From assembly GCF_037042905.1 (NCBI RefSeq), contig NC_087252.1:17052001-17116000 (forward strand): a stretch of 64,000 nt of DNA, written 5' to 3'. This DNA comes from Lytechinus pictus. Taxonomy: Eukaryota. Of this stretch, positions 9,979 to 22,711 are shown piece by piece. The translations under genes were made by a program, and so were the position numbers. The stretch's first letter is position 1, and the number at the start of each line of letters is the position of its first letter. The notes under the pieces were generated by a model. The model saw nothing but the letters and a program-made list of their open reading frames with translations, did no database searches and had not been told where the DNA came from.

Positions 9979-12660
9979 ATCTCATCTCAGTCTCCTTTCT
10001 TCACACAAACAAAAGCAAACAAAATTGTTTGTTATCAATTTGTTTAATAATTGTTTTACTCTTGGCCTTGGGAGAGTGCGGTCACCGACACCTCAAAACA
10101 AATAACACGATCATTTCTCAAAATAATTACACCTCAAAACATAATGCAACAACTAGCGTCTAACACAGCTTGCATGCTGATTTGAATTACGAAGACTATA
10201 CTGGTAATCGTCAAATTACATATTCTGAAGTTGCTCTCATGTATAAAATGTATAATGCTTGCATAATAATGAAACATCACTATTTGAGATCTTGGTCGTA
10301 TGTCAATTACACTGACCGATTACGGTACGTGTGAATTTCCTTCATATTTAGAATAAAGAAACAATCATGACAATAATCAGAATATTGAATTATCGCATTT
10401 TAGAAATTGAGTTATCATTCAACTTGATAACTGTACTAAGATTTTGCTTGCATAAACAAGCAAAATCATGGACCCTGAGATAGGCGAAAACAGAGCTAAA
10501 CCTAATAAGGAAAATTCTCTGAAATTCCTATCCGACCCCATTAAGGCGATCGAGCAGACAAAGAAATTAGCTCAAGGTCAACCTACGTTTTTATTAACCA
10601 CTTCCATAATTTGAACGGAAATAAATTGTTTAACCTGCTAATATATGGTTTTATAAATCTCTGTGATTTAAGAATTCTTGGGGGAAAAAAATATGCTACT
10701 GCCCTGTATGGTGTGATGACCGCGAATGAAAGCTAACCTGAAATCTCCCTTCCACCTAAACATACAATGTAGCAACAATAACATGTTGCGTAATCACATA
10801 CAATTCAACATTCCCCCTCAAATGAGATAGCAATTCTCTTTCTATACAATGCTAAGAGAATTTCACAATCTCATTTCAGACTCCTTTCTTCACACAAACA
10901 AAAGCAAACAAAATTGTTTGTTATATTCATTATCAATTTGTTTAATAATTGTTTTACTCTTTGGAGAGTGCGGTCACCAACACCTCAAAACAAATAATGC
11001 GAGGTAAAAGATCGAATGGGATCAAGATGCGTAATTACACTTACTAGAATTAACTAGTATAAACATATTCGTACATACACCAACGTTGTACATTTGAACT
11101 TCCAAACTATTAAAAGTACAACCGTGAAAGTATTTACTCTTTGTCATTATGCATAAAAAACAGAATAAGACAAATATGACGAAAGAAAATCTATTACCAT
11201 TTTCAGCACAGTGAAAATTAATACAAATTTCGAAGATATTAAAGAGTATACATAATTATCCCACAGAAACAAAATCAGCACGAAAGAGCTGGACCTTTTG
11301 ACATTTTCTTTTTTGGTTTCTTTCCTCCCTGAGGGGCACCTCCGCTTCTCTGAGAACATTGGAACTTTCCGTTATCGATAAATTTGGTGACTTCTTCGAT
11401 TTTTCCACACACGTCTTCGTTGTCATCGAATTGGCGCTGGCAGCCTTTTTTCTTAAAGGTTTTAGAGGTTGTCTTAGCACCCATCACTGCAGCGTCGAGC
11501 TGCAGGCTGGATTATTCAGTTAATTTGCGTTAACAGCTTTTCCAATTTAGAATCTAGGACTGTGGCAACAAAGTCCAGATTCACCAATGCTGCATTGGGG
11601 TTGGGGTTACTGCGCTCGGCTTGCACTTTGGTATCCATATGTAGTGTCTAGTTGAGAGCGAAAAATATGCTACTGCCCTGTATGGTGTGATGACTGCGAA
11701 TGAAAGCTAACCCGAAATCTCCCTTCCACCTAACATAGCAACAATAACATGTTGCGTAATGACATACAATTCAACATTCCCCCTCAAATGAGATAGCAAT
11801 TCTCTTTCTATACAGTGCGTCCCAGAAAAAATGAAACCGAGATTTAGCGATGATTTATCATAACTTAATCACAAATACAATAGACAAATGACCTACCAAT
11901 GTAAAGCTTAGAATCTCCTCTTTCATCTGATATTACTTAGATTATTCCTCATTCACGCATGAGTGAGCAAAAACAATTTGAAGAAAGGATACCAAAAACT
12001 CATTTGGCGGGGGGTATCTGAATTTTAAAAAGAAAATCACATGCCTAAAAAGTTCAATATCTGCTCTTTAATTTGATGCCTTAATCACAAAAAATGGTCA
12101 AGAAGTAAAAAAGTTACGTTCCCTCGAAACAATGCTTGTATTTCCATAATTTCATTAAAATAAACGTGTTTTCACCGGTTTCCCACAGAAGCTATCGCAT
12201 GGTTAACAAAAGACTTCATGCCTGGCTGATCGTCAACAAAACGGAGTGTCGAGTGAGTTTGAACGCTAGCCTGTAAAACCTCTTCATTTTATGAAATTAT
12301 TGAAATTCATGCCTTTTTTCAAATAACCAGAACTTTCTTATTTCTTGACCGTTTTCTGTAATTGAGGTATCAAATTAAAGAGCAGATATATTGAACTTTT
12401 TAGAAATGTGGTTTTCTTTTTTAAACCAAGATACAGCCCGCCAAATTACTTTTTGGTATCCCCTCTTCAAATTGTTTTTGCTCACTCATGCGTGAATGAG
12501 AAATAATCTAAGTAATTTCAGATGAAAGAGGAGATTCTAAGCTTTACAATGGTGTAGGTCATTTGTCTATTGTATTTGTGATTAAATTATGATAAATCAT
12601 CGATAAATCTGGGTTTCGTTTTTTGTGGGACGCACTGTACAATGCTAAGAGAATTTCACA
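9979..12660 (-). mobile_element. Putative internally deleted tyrosine-recombinase retrotransposon (Ngaro/PAT-like split direct repeats) with a degenerate gag-like ORF
   Basis: Two interleaved direct-repeat pairs: 9979-10105 with 10868-10997, and 10684-10867 with 11660-12660 (excluding the MITE). On the - strand the order is A1-ORF-B1-A2-spacer-B2. A broken ORF from ATG 11638 includes FKKKGCQRQFDDNEDVCGKIEE, which resembles DIRS-class ORF1 motifs as I recall them. Confidence 0.55.
11813..12637. mobile_element. Tc1/mariner-like non-autonomous element, 825 bp, with ~295-bp TIRs
   Basis: TA|CAGTGCGTCCCA...TGGGACGCACTG|TA. Long inverted arms ~11813-12108 and ~12340-12637. The empty paralogous site at 10845-10846 has a single TA. 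Confidence 0.92.
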
Positions 12661-15363
12661 TTATCTTATGTATTGGGTTCTTACATTTTAGTTTGATCCT
12701 TCCATTAGCTTTAGTTTGATTGGTTGTTATTTCTAATTTAAACAGTGCACAACCAGACTTCTTCGGTTTCTGTTCCATTCATTTTGCGTTATTCTACATT
12801 AGTTTCACTTATTTCCCCTTTGGTTTGATGATTGAGTTTGCTGCTTTTAACTTATAATTATTTTCTACCCTTGAACTTATTTTTTCTCAACCTTAATACA
12901 TTCCTTTCATTAAGCTTCTTAAATTAGTGAGTAGACCGCTACATGTACCTTGTGCATGGTAATTGGGGAAAATTCCATGGCATATATTGTCATGAAAATG
13001 GTGAATTGGTATCATAATCATATTGGCTATGAGGCATTGTATTTAACACAATACACAAATTATTTATGTAATTCACATGTAGCTGTAAATGATAATTTTC
13101 ATTTTACATTCATATTTTGTTTACTTAAGAGTCACACACAAGTTTATAAACCAAATTCTCAAGCACCGGGATCATGCTTCAGAAGTTACAAAAAAAGAGT
13201 GACGGGCTCAAGCTGCTCCAAAACACGAATTTACAATTTCTTATAGAAGATGCATTTTCAGCCAAAATTCATATAATGCGTAAACCCACTATAAATTTCA
13301 TTACAAAATGATAAACGATCATAAACAGAATCGAATCTACATGAGAAATTAAAAAAAGTAATTGAATGTAAGAAATAATTTTGATAACATTTTTCTTCAG
13401 TGAAATTGTTTACATCATAAGGCAGGGGCGGCAGGGGGGGGGGGCAAATTTTCCCAAGGAAATTTGTCAAGCAAAAAAACAATTTCCTAAAAAATGATGG
13501 CCTTTTTGTCCCAGGTAAACTTTGACAAGCAAAAAAAAAATCTAGGTTATGAACGACTTATCCACATTGAAAATATTTGCTTTTACTCTAAAAAAAGAAG
13601 GAGGGAGGGGCACACTTGTGTATGAATGACATATTAAACTAAAAAAGAGAGCATGGACCGAAAATCCCCCCCACTCCCCAAGGATCCACTACTGTTGTAA
13701 AGAGTATAGATCTAGGGAAAAGAAATAAGAAAATTTGGGCCTGCATTATTTTCCATTTACTTGTGTTTGTTTGTAATACTAATAGATTACAGTGGCAAGT
13801 CCGCAACCTACATGTATACCAAGGACCAGAAGTCCAGAATGTATGTAGTTATCAATCCAGAACACTCAATAGCAGAATGTCAATGGATTTATTGGACCAT
13901 TTTCTTTGTTCTGGCTCGAGTGTATTCTATGTTCAAAAGGGCCGTCTGCACCAGCCCGAGTTTTCAATTTGGTGCGCTATTTCTGATCCGGCAAATTATC
14001 CCGATCTGAACAATCTCAAGATTATTTGTAATGGAGACGCAATTATCACGCTGGTTTGCTTGCAATCCCAAGTTAACTTGGGATTATTTGCAAAATAGCG
14101 TGCTATTTTACGTTCTTGTTTTTCAGTGTCTTTAATGGATCTATCTACATTTAGATCAAACATAAATTTGACTTTATTATGATGTAGCAAGATGCTGTTT
14201 TCAATTATTCAAATGTTTAATGAGGGCACTCATTTTTGCATAAATTTGCATAATAATTCAGATATATTGCTTTCCTGGAAATAGATTAACTCTACTGCTG
14301 CAGTATCATAGCAATATAGTTTTTACATAAAGGATTAATTTTTGACATCTGAGGGGACAAAGCCTTAGATTGACAAAGTAATTGAAGAGTTTTTTAATGC
14401 AGAATTGTTGAATTGAATTTAATTCATTTATTTTTCATTAAAAAAAACATGCAATATCAAATACAAACATTTCAAAGTATAAAAATGAGACATTATACAA
14501 ATGACGTACCATGCTTTAAAAAAAAAAACGTACTAATGCATTATTAAAACTGGACCAGCCAAGTTAAAATCCAAATCTCTTGTTGCTACGAGAAACTGTC
14601 GCCAAATGAGAATGTCTGTTTTGTTGAAACAGCTGAAAAGGCATTGTTGAAACACATGTTTAAAAACAATGTCTCATCGTCGTCGGCTGTCAGATGGGGT
14701 TAAAGCAGGATGGAACTAAGCGGTTAGATTCCTATCCTTCATAACACATCCATGCATGTACTACCGGTATACCCAAGAAAAGGTGTGTCCATTGAATGAC
14801 TTTTTGGACCCACAATAACAAAGACTTAAGTTCTGTATCATTCAATTGAAAGGGTTCCGGGTGTCTGCTTTGTAGCTTTGTTGTTGATCTGATGTGGGGG
14901 TGTGGGCTCATCGATTTGACAATGCAATCCCTAGGATGTAGATTGCACATGTACATGCCATCATCGGAATGGTTTTAAGTACACACTGTAGTTAATTTGA
15001 AAAAGCCTCGAGAGAGGATAATTGTACTTGTAGTAACATTCAGCACCAAATCTTTCGATATCATTTCAATTTTTTTTTTCAATTACATGTACATGTATAT
15101 GTAAACTCTAGAGACAATGATTTTCCGTCTCAAAAAATTGTCTTTTCAGTTTCTGAAAATGTGTAATTTGGTTACAACTTGATCTAAAAATGGAAATTCC
15201 GTTTTGTCACTGAAAATGTACACAGCAAAAATCTTAATTCCGTTTTGCAAAGGTGAATTCCATGAATTTTTACATGAAAAGTACAGAATTTCTGTTTTAT
15301 TTGCCAGTAAAACGGCAAATCACTGCCTAAAACTCAGTATATTTTGCAATGAAAATTGACCTG

Positions 15364-15693
15364 GATCCCGTTGCATTAAAGTTGCCATTATGATAACTTT
15401 GTCATCCAACTGTAACTTGCATGGAATCCTTAATTTTTGATTGGCTGCTGATCAGCGTTACCATGATACATGTATAATATGTAGTTACCATTGGATGGCA
15501 AAGTTGCCACGTTACTTTTTTATGCAACGGTGCCCAGGGCTAAACACATGTTTGCGATGGATTGCAAATATGAAAGAACCACTGCTGATTGGTCCCTGGT
15601 CAGTATTTTAAACCAAATGCGTGTGTAACATTGATATTGATTGGTCAGTTCATTTTAATAGCGATTGATCGCTATTCTCTGTGTTCGGGAGCC
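15364..15693. mobile_element. Two abutting PIF/Harbinger-like MITEs (15364-15534 and 15538-15693)
   Basis: CTG|GATCCCGTTGCAT...ATGCAACGGTGCC|CAG|GGC...GCC|CTG; 3-bp CWG flanks. The first belongs to the family seen at 24335-24693. Confidence 0.6.
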
Positions 15694-16178
15694 CTGGTTA
15701 CGCATTTTGACATACATAAAAAAGAGTTAAAATCATTATGGTTCAAAATTAAGTGCACTCCAATAAACAGTATTGAGGCCTAAGGGGGCTCTGCTCACTG
15801 TGCTTAGTCTTGTAGTCATTGCTAAAAAATAATCTGATGAAATTGGACCCAGATGAGTTTTCAGGGTTTCATATAACAAAAGGCGAACAAATTCTATGTG
15901 TTTTTTATAATAAACTACCAGCACAGCAGAATGAAAATCAATTAAACACATTTCAGGGCTACTTATGAGGATACTATTACTTTTTTACATTACCAGCCTA
16001 TTTTAATACATTTGATCCCATTGCCTGTACTGTAGTTTGCTATGCTATGTCAGTGTATACAACTATACAATTAAATGTATCTTCTGTTAGTTACATGGTC
16101 CAAAAAGGTCTTTGTACACCCATCTACAGTACATGTATTGTTTTATTTGTCTGTTTTTATAGGGACTGAGAAGGAAGG

Positions 16179-16319
16179 ATGGGTGGGTCTAGAGCACTGT
16201 TCTACCCTACTCTCTACTGGAACGTCCTGATGAAGAATGTGACTTCAAGGAATTGGTACGATAGAATAGACTCAACAGTTATATTAGGAGCTCTACCATT
16301 TAGGAGTTATATCAATCAG
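16179..16319 (+). CDS. PTPMT1: PTPMT1 (mitochondrial phosphatidylglycerophosphatase / dual-specificity phosphatase), coding exon 1
   Basis: [47 protein letters not shown] matches the PTPMT1 N-terminus (RxLFYPTL...WYxRIDxTVxLGALP). Acceptor at 16162 with an in-frame TGA before the ATG implies an upstream 5'UTR exon. Donor CAG|GTGAGT. Confidence 0.93.
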
Positions 16320-16339
16320 GTGAGTGTATAGTAGTAGCA

Positions 16340-16760
16340 CTTTATGCCCCAGTTCCAAACCACTCTACACCCTATTGATGCACTTCTGTCAAAGTACTTT
16401 AAACCCCGGCAAAGCATTCTACACCATGTCAAAAACTCTACAGTACCCTGTCAAACCACTACACCCAGTTTCAAAGCACTCCAACACTTCATTGGGTCAA
16501 AGCTCTTAAAATCCTGTCAAGTCACTTTAATACATTTGTGTCAAAGTACACTACACCATGTCAAAGCACTACCTGCCAAAGTGCTTGACACCTTGTCAGA
16601 GCACTCTTTATTTAGGAATTTACGCCATGGATGTCAAATCACTCTACACCCCTTCAGAGCACTCTACAGTCTACACCCTGTCAGAGCACTCTTTCTTTTT
16701 GAATAGTCTTTACATTCTGCCAGAGCACCTTACACCCTGTCAAGCACTCTACACTTTGTC
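16340..16760. repeat. Degenerate ~20-bp minisatellite (ACTCTACACCCTGTCAGAGC-like) in PTPMT1 intron
   Basis: Repeated TACACC(C/A)TGTCA(A/G)AGCACT units. Confidence 0.75.
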
Positions 16761-17858
16761 CATTCATATCTGCATCTTTCAAGCAAAGTGCACATATCAT
16801 GACACCCCTTCCCCACTTTCCTGGAAAAAAAAATAGTGACATGTACATGTATACCAAAATAGAAATTCCTGACTACATGTATAAACAAAAATCTCTCTGA
16901 AGATGTAAATTATTAAAAACTATATTCAATCGAGGGCATGTTTCACAAGGTATTCATTATTAAACTTGCAAATGACATGATTTAATTAAAGGAATAAGCA
17001 GTAGAGTGTGTCCATAATCATGTGTCTTTACCAGTGGATGCAGTATTACACTTTTCCCTACCCAAATAGGGACTTAAACGCAGTTTGTGAAAACCCTCCC
17101 CCTTCACTGTCTTTAGAAAATAGCTTTCATTTTTACTTATAATGACATGTAGGCTTACAAAATTTTATTTGTCATTTGTTTGTGTGTGGGGTTTCTTAAA
17201 ATTAGTTTGGCATTTCTAATTGTAATCGCTTCAAGGTGACTGTATGTGTTTTTTTTTAAACACATACATGTACTGTACAGTGGAAAGGGCTTGGTTTCAA
17301 AAGAAAGTTTTAAGAATATTAAAACATCCTTCAAAACTTTCTTTTGAAACCAAGCCCTTTCCACTCTAAATCACAGGAGCTGACAAATAGAGATGTGTGT
17401 CCTAGAACTGTACTCTTCACTTTCAAACCCCATGAGCTACATGTACATTGTAAATTGTAGCAATATATTGTATATTGCACAGACAATAATTATGAACATT
17501 TGAGAAGTTGATTATTCTGTTCCATGTTTTAGTCGTTGAGGTGTAGCCTTAATACTGTACGCAGTGCTTGAATGCAGATCATGTATGAGAACAAATGCTG
17601 AACCTGTGTTACTTTCAACTATTGAAATTCCTTTCCGCAGAGGTCATACTTTGTGTACAGCCACTGAAGCTTAGTGATTGAAAGCAAGATCAAAATGTGT
17701 TTGTGGAGTCAATAATACTGGCAAATTGTCACTTGGTCTACATGTACACCCATTTGGTCTTCTCATCCCACAATATGTACATGTAGTCGGTCTATAACGG
17801 GGAAAAATTGTAACAGGGGCTTGCATGGGGCAATTTTGCCCCAGAAAATATAGCCCAG

Positions 17859-18044
17859 GGGGGTGTTTCACAAAGATTTAAGTATGACTTAGAGTCGCAC
17901 TTAATTTATGTCTACGTCAGTTGTGCGCGGTATAAAAGGCATGACAGTATTGGTCAGATCATGCCAAGAGGACACGCACTACTGCGTATTGATCAATACA
18001 TGTAAGATATTAAAGTCAAACTTAAATCTTTGTGAAACACCCCC
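17859..18044. mobile_element. PIF/Harbinger-like MITE
   Basis: TIRs GGGGGTGTTTCACAAAGATTTAAGT / ACTTAAATCTTTGTGAAACACCCCC; flanks CAG and CTG. Confidence 0.85.
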
Positions 18045-18842
18045 CTGGAAATATAAAAGAGCAGTGGAAATCCCCCTTCACTGCAATGTTAGAGCTTCTT
18101 TAATGTTGCAGATTCATCCAGTAGGGTGTGAAAAGTACCCCAAACTTAGAAAAAATTAAATGATCATTTTTTTATGGGCTATCTACATGTATGATCTGTT
18201 TCATCTTAATAGATGACATACAAATTCATACATGTAGATCTATGGACTATTATTTTTTGTTTACCTTTGCCAAAGTGCAAGTTGCCAGAGTGGGATTTAA
18301 ACATCTACATGTATATATGTACATTTACATTTAGGCATTTCACAAAACAAAATTTAGATCAGATAGTGTAACAGGGGGCATGGAACCAGGGGGTGGGGGA
18401 GGGGAGGGGGGGTCTCTGGGGCTTCAATCCTCCCCCCACGATTTTTCGAAAACCGTCTACAAAAACGTAAAAATTACCATCTGATTGTGATTGTTTGCAT
18501 GGTCAGTATACAATGTACTAAACCTAGTGGATGGATACTTCTAATTTCAGCCAGGCTTGAGTTCACTCACTTCAATTCAGTACCTGTTGGAAATCTTCTG
18601 CAGTGTACATTACATGCATTGTATGAAATGATCACATTCAGCGTTGTGCAAATAAAACATTTTTACCCATGGTGATTGTCAAATTTTCTGCACGAATGAA
18701 GAGATGAACCGCACTGTTTGCATCCATGCATGTGTAAAGCTTGGGTAAATACCGTCCTGGATAGATTTCTCAGGGGTGATCAGAGAGAAAAAAAAATACA
18801 TGGGGGCTTGGGGCGATCCCCCTCCCCCGTGGTCAAAGAGTA

Positions 18843-19018
18843 TAGTCTGCTGTGCAAACCCTTCACTCGAGTTGGGGTCTGAATGTGCAGCCTACTCATG
18901 CCTTGTGTACTGAAGGCCCTCCCTGAACTGAAACAGCAAGTTTCGTACATGTGCTAGTCTTTGCGTGGAGACACACTTGCTGATCAAAGTTCCAATCAGG
19001 GTCTGTGCCTGCAGACTA
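18843..19018. mobile_element. Small MITE with TAGTCTGC termini
   Basis: TAGTCTGC...GCAAACCCT / AGGGTCTGT...GCAGACTA; TCAAAGAG occurs close to both ends (possible 8-9 bp TSD). Confidence 0.6.
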
Positions 19019-19143
19019 CTCAAAGAGCCCAGGCTAGACTTCCCATAGAGTCCATGATTACAATGTAGTAATAATAGACAAGTTTTGCTGATGTGCTCAA
19101 AAAGTATTGCCAGAAAGTTGTTTCTAAATCAATTTTTGACCAG

Positions 19144-19299
19144 GGGAGCGTTTCATGAAAGGAGTTGTCAGACATTTTATCCGACAAGTACTGTTTTATC
19201 CAACAGTTACTATGGTAACACTGCCATTCAGATAAAGATAATCAAGGAAAGTTGCCAGACCTGACAACTTGTCGGATGAAAATGTTGATGTAACGCCCC
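19144..19299. mobile_element. PIF/Harbinger-like MITE (related copies at ~21955-22110 and 61235-61625)
   Basis: GGGAGCGTTTCAT...GATGTAACGCCCC with CAG/CTG flanks; internal TTTTATCCGACAA and CAAGGAAAGTTG motifs are shared with the other copies. Confidence 0.7.
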
Positions 19300-20157
19300 C
19301 TGGTGACCACGATGGAAATGTGTCAAGCAAAGACCTACATTTCTCATGAGGCTGGTTTCTTTGTATGTTTAAAGTATATTATTAAAGTATGTATTTATTT
19401 CATCAAACTCGAATCCCAAGTTAAAGTCATCGGTCTGCTAAATTATTTACTTTAACCAGGCATTACATGTATTTCGTGATAATATAATTAAAAAAGGAAG
19501 AAAACAGGAGTTTTGGGTGGAGATAGCTGAATAGAAACTTGGTTTGTCTTCAACTTTTGTGCAGAAAAACAGTGATGATGTTTGTACAGCTGTAGCGGCT
19601 CAGCTACAGCCGAAGTAATAATATGATCTAGTAGCTAATCTATATATGGACCATATTATATGAATGACAAGAGCTTTTTATGCCAACAGTAAGTTATTCA
19701 TCAAGATACATTGTCGCGAAAAGGGTACCACCACACATGTACATGTACAGATGTACTACTATTAAGAATTTCTTCAACAGACATGACCTCTGTGTCATGT
19801 ACATATATGTCACTGCGATGGGCCAACCAGCTCTGCCTGTCTGCTGGGTGAACTTTCTCAAACACAGTGTTGTGTATTATAACCTCAATTAAAAAATAGA
19901 TTGTTCAAAGGGTAAGTTCATTCCAACAGAATTTTGAATGAAAGTGATATCGCCTGCAGAAAGCTTGTTTGATTGTTCTCTGTTTATTCTATCAACTTTT
20001 CTATTTTGGTGGACTTATCCTGTAATAACTTGCATTTTATCTACAAAGTTTAGGTGTTTTTTTTTACATTCAGCCAGAAGTGCATCTATCTTTGACAAAG
20101 TTGATTCATTCCTCTAAACATACTTTGATTGATTATTTTGTCTTTTGTTTCTTTCAG

Positions 20158-20235
20158 CTAAAAGAAGAGAATGTAAAAGGAGTGATATCACTCAATGAAG
20201 ATCATGAACTGAGAAGACACACTCCTACTGTAGAG
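20158..20235 (+). CDS. PTPMT1: PTPMT1 coding exon 2
   Basis: tttgtttctttcAG| LKEENVKGVISLNEDHELRRHTPTVE |GTATG; phase 0-0; matches the ENVRGVITMNEEYE region. Confidence 0.93.
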
Positions 20236-20799
20236 GTATGTTGGTCGCATAAGAAAGGGCATTAATAAACAAATATACGGGGTTTGAGAAAGTATATATA
20301 GTGGAAATATTTTTATCCAGGATTGGTTCGGTAATTACTATTTACTACTACGCATTTGTTCATGTAATGTTCTTATGTTTGGTGATACCCTACTATACAT
20401 GTAGTTCACATGACTAACACTTAGCTATTAAAGATAAAGTCAGGCTTTAAAGAGGTGTAATACTTCAAGAAAGTAACACGGAGTCGACTGTATCAAAGTC
20501 GACTTTCCCTCTCATTCTTTACCCCGCTATTTTCCGCTAATCTTTGGCTTTTCCTTTGTAGTCTGATTTTTTTTTTAGTGTCCGATCTCCTTTATACTAA
20601 TTTCATAATTACTTTAACGAACCTGCAGACATTACAAGCTCTGCTTTTTATGCAGGTTCCTTCATATTTCACTTTATTCACTGCCATTATGCATGTTATA
20701 ATTTGTATTTTGTATGTAATCAAATGTATTTCTTGTATTATGTAATTATTTTGCTATCTTGTGAAGTATGAAAATAAATTTAAATCAATCGTATCACAG

Positions 20800-20991
20800 G
20801 AATGGAGGAAGAATGGCATGGAGCACCTCCAACTGCCTACGGTGGACTTCACCGAGGCACCCAGTCTGGAGTACCTCGAGAGGGGCGTAGAGTTTATCCA
20901 ACGGCATGCTAACGAGGGCACCAGTGTGTATGTACATTGCAAAGCAGGGAGGACAAGAAGCGCTACTCTGGTAGGGTGTTATCTTATGACG
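20800..20991 (+). CDS. PTPMT1: PTPMT1 coding exon 3 (catalytic P-loop)
   Basis: [66 protein letters not shown]5R motif HCKAGRTR; donor ACG|GTAAGT. Confidence 0.96.
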
Positions 20992-22182
20992 GTAAGTGAA
21001 GGAGCGATTATACTAGGGGAGGGGGGGGTGGATAGGGGTTGGCCGGTGGGGGCGAACAGTGGTGACATGACATACTGTGGTGCTCAAACGTTTGTGAACC
21101 CTACCAGAAAATAAACATACAGTATTTATATATTTTATATTCTTATAAGTGTTCAAGTTCTGCCATGTTTTAGATATTTAATTGTGAAGTCATGTAATAT
21201 AAATATTACATTTCATTTCATTGTAGTGTTTTCTACATTTAAAACTTGGCATGATGGAGTGCATTTTGTGGTGGGGTTTTAATTTGCTCCAGTCGTAATA
21301 TCTCAGAGGGCATAGGGTTAGAGTTAGAACTGTAATAGAGTTTTTCGTTCAGAATAATGTAAAGATATTAGGATAAGGATTTATTTAGTCTTGGAGGTTA
21401 GATTTTTATGTTCAGCTTAACATGCAGATTTCCCATCAGAGCAAATGTCACCGGTGCAAATGTCATGTGACCAAACCAGCTTCCACCTGGACCATAAAGC
21501 CAGCTTGTATGTGGACATGCGTATATGTTAACCAGAATCCTTTTATCATTTCAAGATTCTAACAAGTACTATTGAGAAAAAGATTACATGGTAGAAGCGC
21601 TTGCAATATTCATGGACATTGGCAAACACTGGCTAAATATTCCGCTGCCCCGTCTTAGAGTTGTGATTGATCCAATCAACCACAACTATGGAAAGCCAGC
21701 AATATCATCTTCTATAAAGCATGTTTGTTGAAGATTTTTACTAGATATAATGTCCATTCATTACTTTATGATTTTCTTGAAAATTCAATCTGCTTTTTAT
21801 CTGTGTTTACCAAGGACACTGTAGATTTTCCTGAGGAAAAAATTATGACATCGAAAGTCATTGATGGATTTCCATAATGAGGTTGATCGGATCAATCGCA
21901 AAGATCAGAATAAACTCGAACAGAGATTGATCTCAGATCTTGTAGTTGAGTGATTGGAAAGAACTTGTTGGACGTTTTATTCGACAACTCCCGTTTTATC
22001 CGTCAGTTACTGTGGTAATGGTGCTTCTCAGCCAATCAAAATCAAGGAAAGTTGTCCGATCCGACAACTTGTCGGGCGAATTGTCGTACGAAAAAAAATG
22101 AATGCTCCCCTGATGTCTGTGATAGATCCCATCGAAAGTCATGTTTCTTTTTAATAACTTTCTTTTCTTCTGTTTATTTTAG

Positions 22183-22341
22183 ATCAACCACTGCACTCCA
22201 CAAGAGGCCCAGACGTTCATGCAAGCGAAGCGCCCTCACATTCTACTCAAGGACAAGCATTTCAGAGCGTTATATCGTTATTATGATAAGCATGTCAAGA
22301 GGAATCGCCCCATCAAAACCAGTGAGCCAAAGGATGCGTAG
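22183..22341 (+). CDS. PTPMT1: PTPMT1 terminal coding exon
   Basis: tgtttattttAG| INHCTPQEAQTFMQAKRPHILLKDKHFRALYRYYDKHVKRNRPIKTSEPKDA-TAG; aligns with the conserved SPEEA...RxxI region. Total CDS is 189 aa. Confidence 0.9.
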   Translation: MNHCTPQEAQTFMQAKRPHILLKDKHFRALYRYYDKHVKRNRPIKTSEPKDA

Positions 22342-22711
22342 GTAATGATTGAACGTTTATCGGATTATAGTATTTCTATTCTGAGATGCAAGTCTCCTGG
22401 CTTCACGCCTGAGAACTTAGATTTTGAGGCATTTGTAAGGCTTTGTATTGCACCAGTTGTATGTATGGGACTTTATTGTATTCTGACCTTTTTTAATGCC
22501 CGGCGGGAACAACTGACTGGCATCCATGTTGTACTAAAATGAGAAGAGTTAGGAGATGTTGACTCGACATTCATCACCAATATACAGGGCTTCATTACTC
22601 TAGTAGCTTTGCCATGCAATGGTAACTTCCCTGAAATTCTTGATTCTGAGTGGATGTTGGGCATTGCTACCATGGCAGTTACCATTGGATGTCAAAGTTA
22701 CTATAATAGTA

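Noticed and set aside
20761..21114. 117-aa ORF as a stand-alone phosphatase
   Set aside because: Only 20800-20991 is exon; the flanks are intron read-through.
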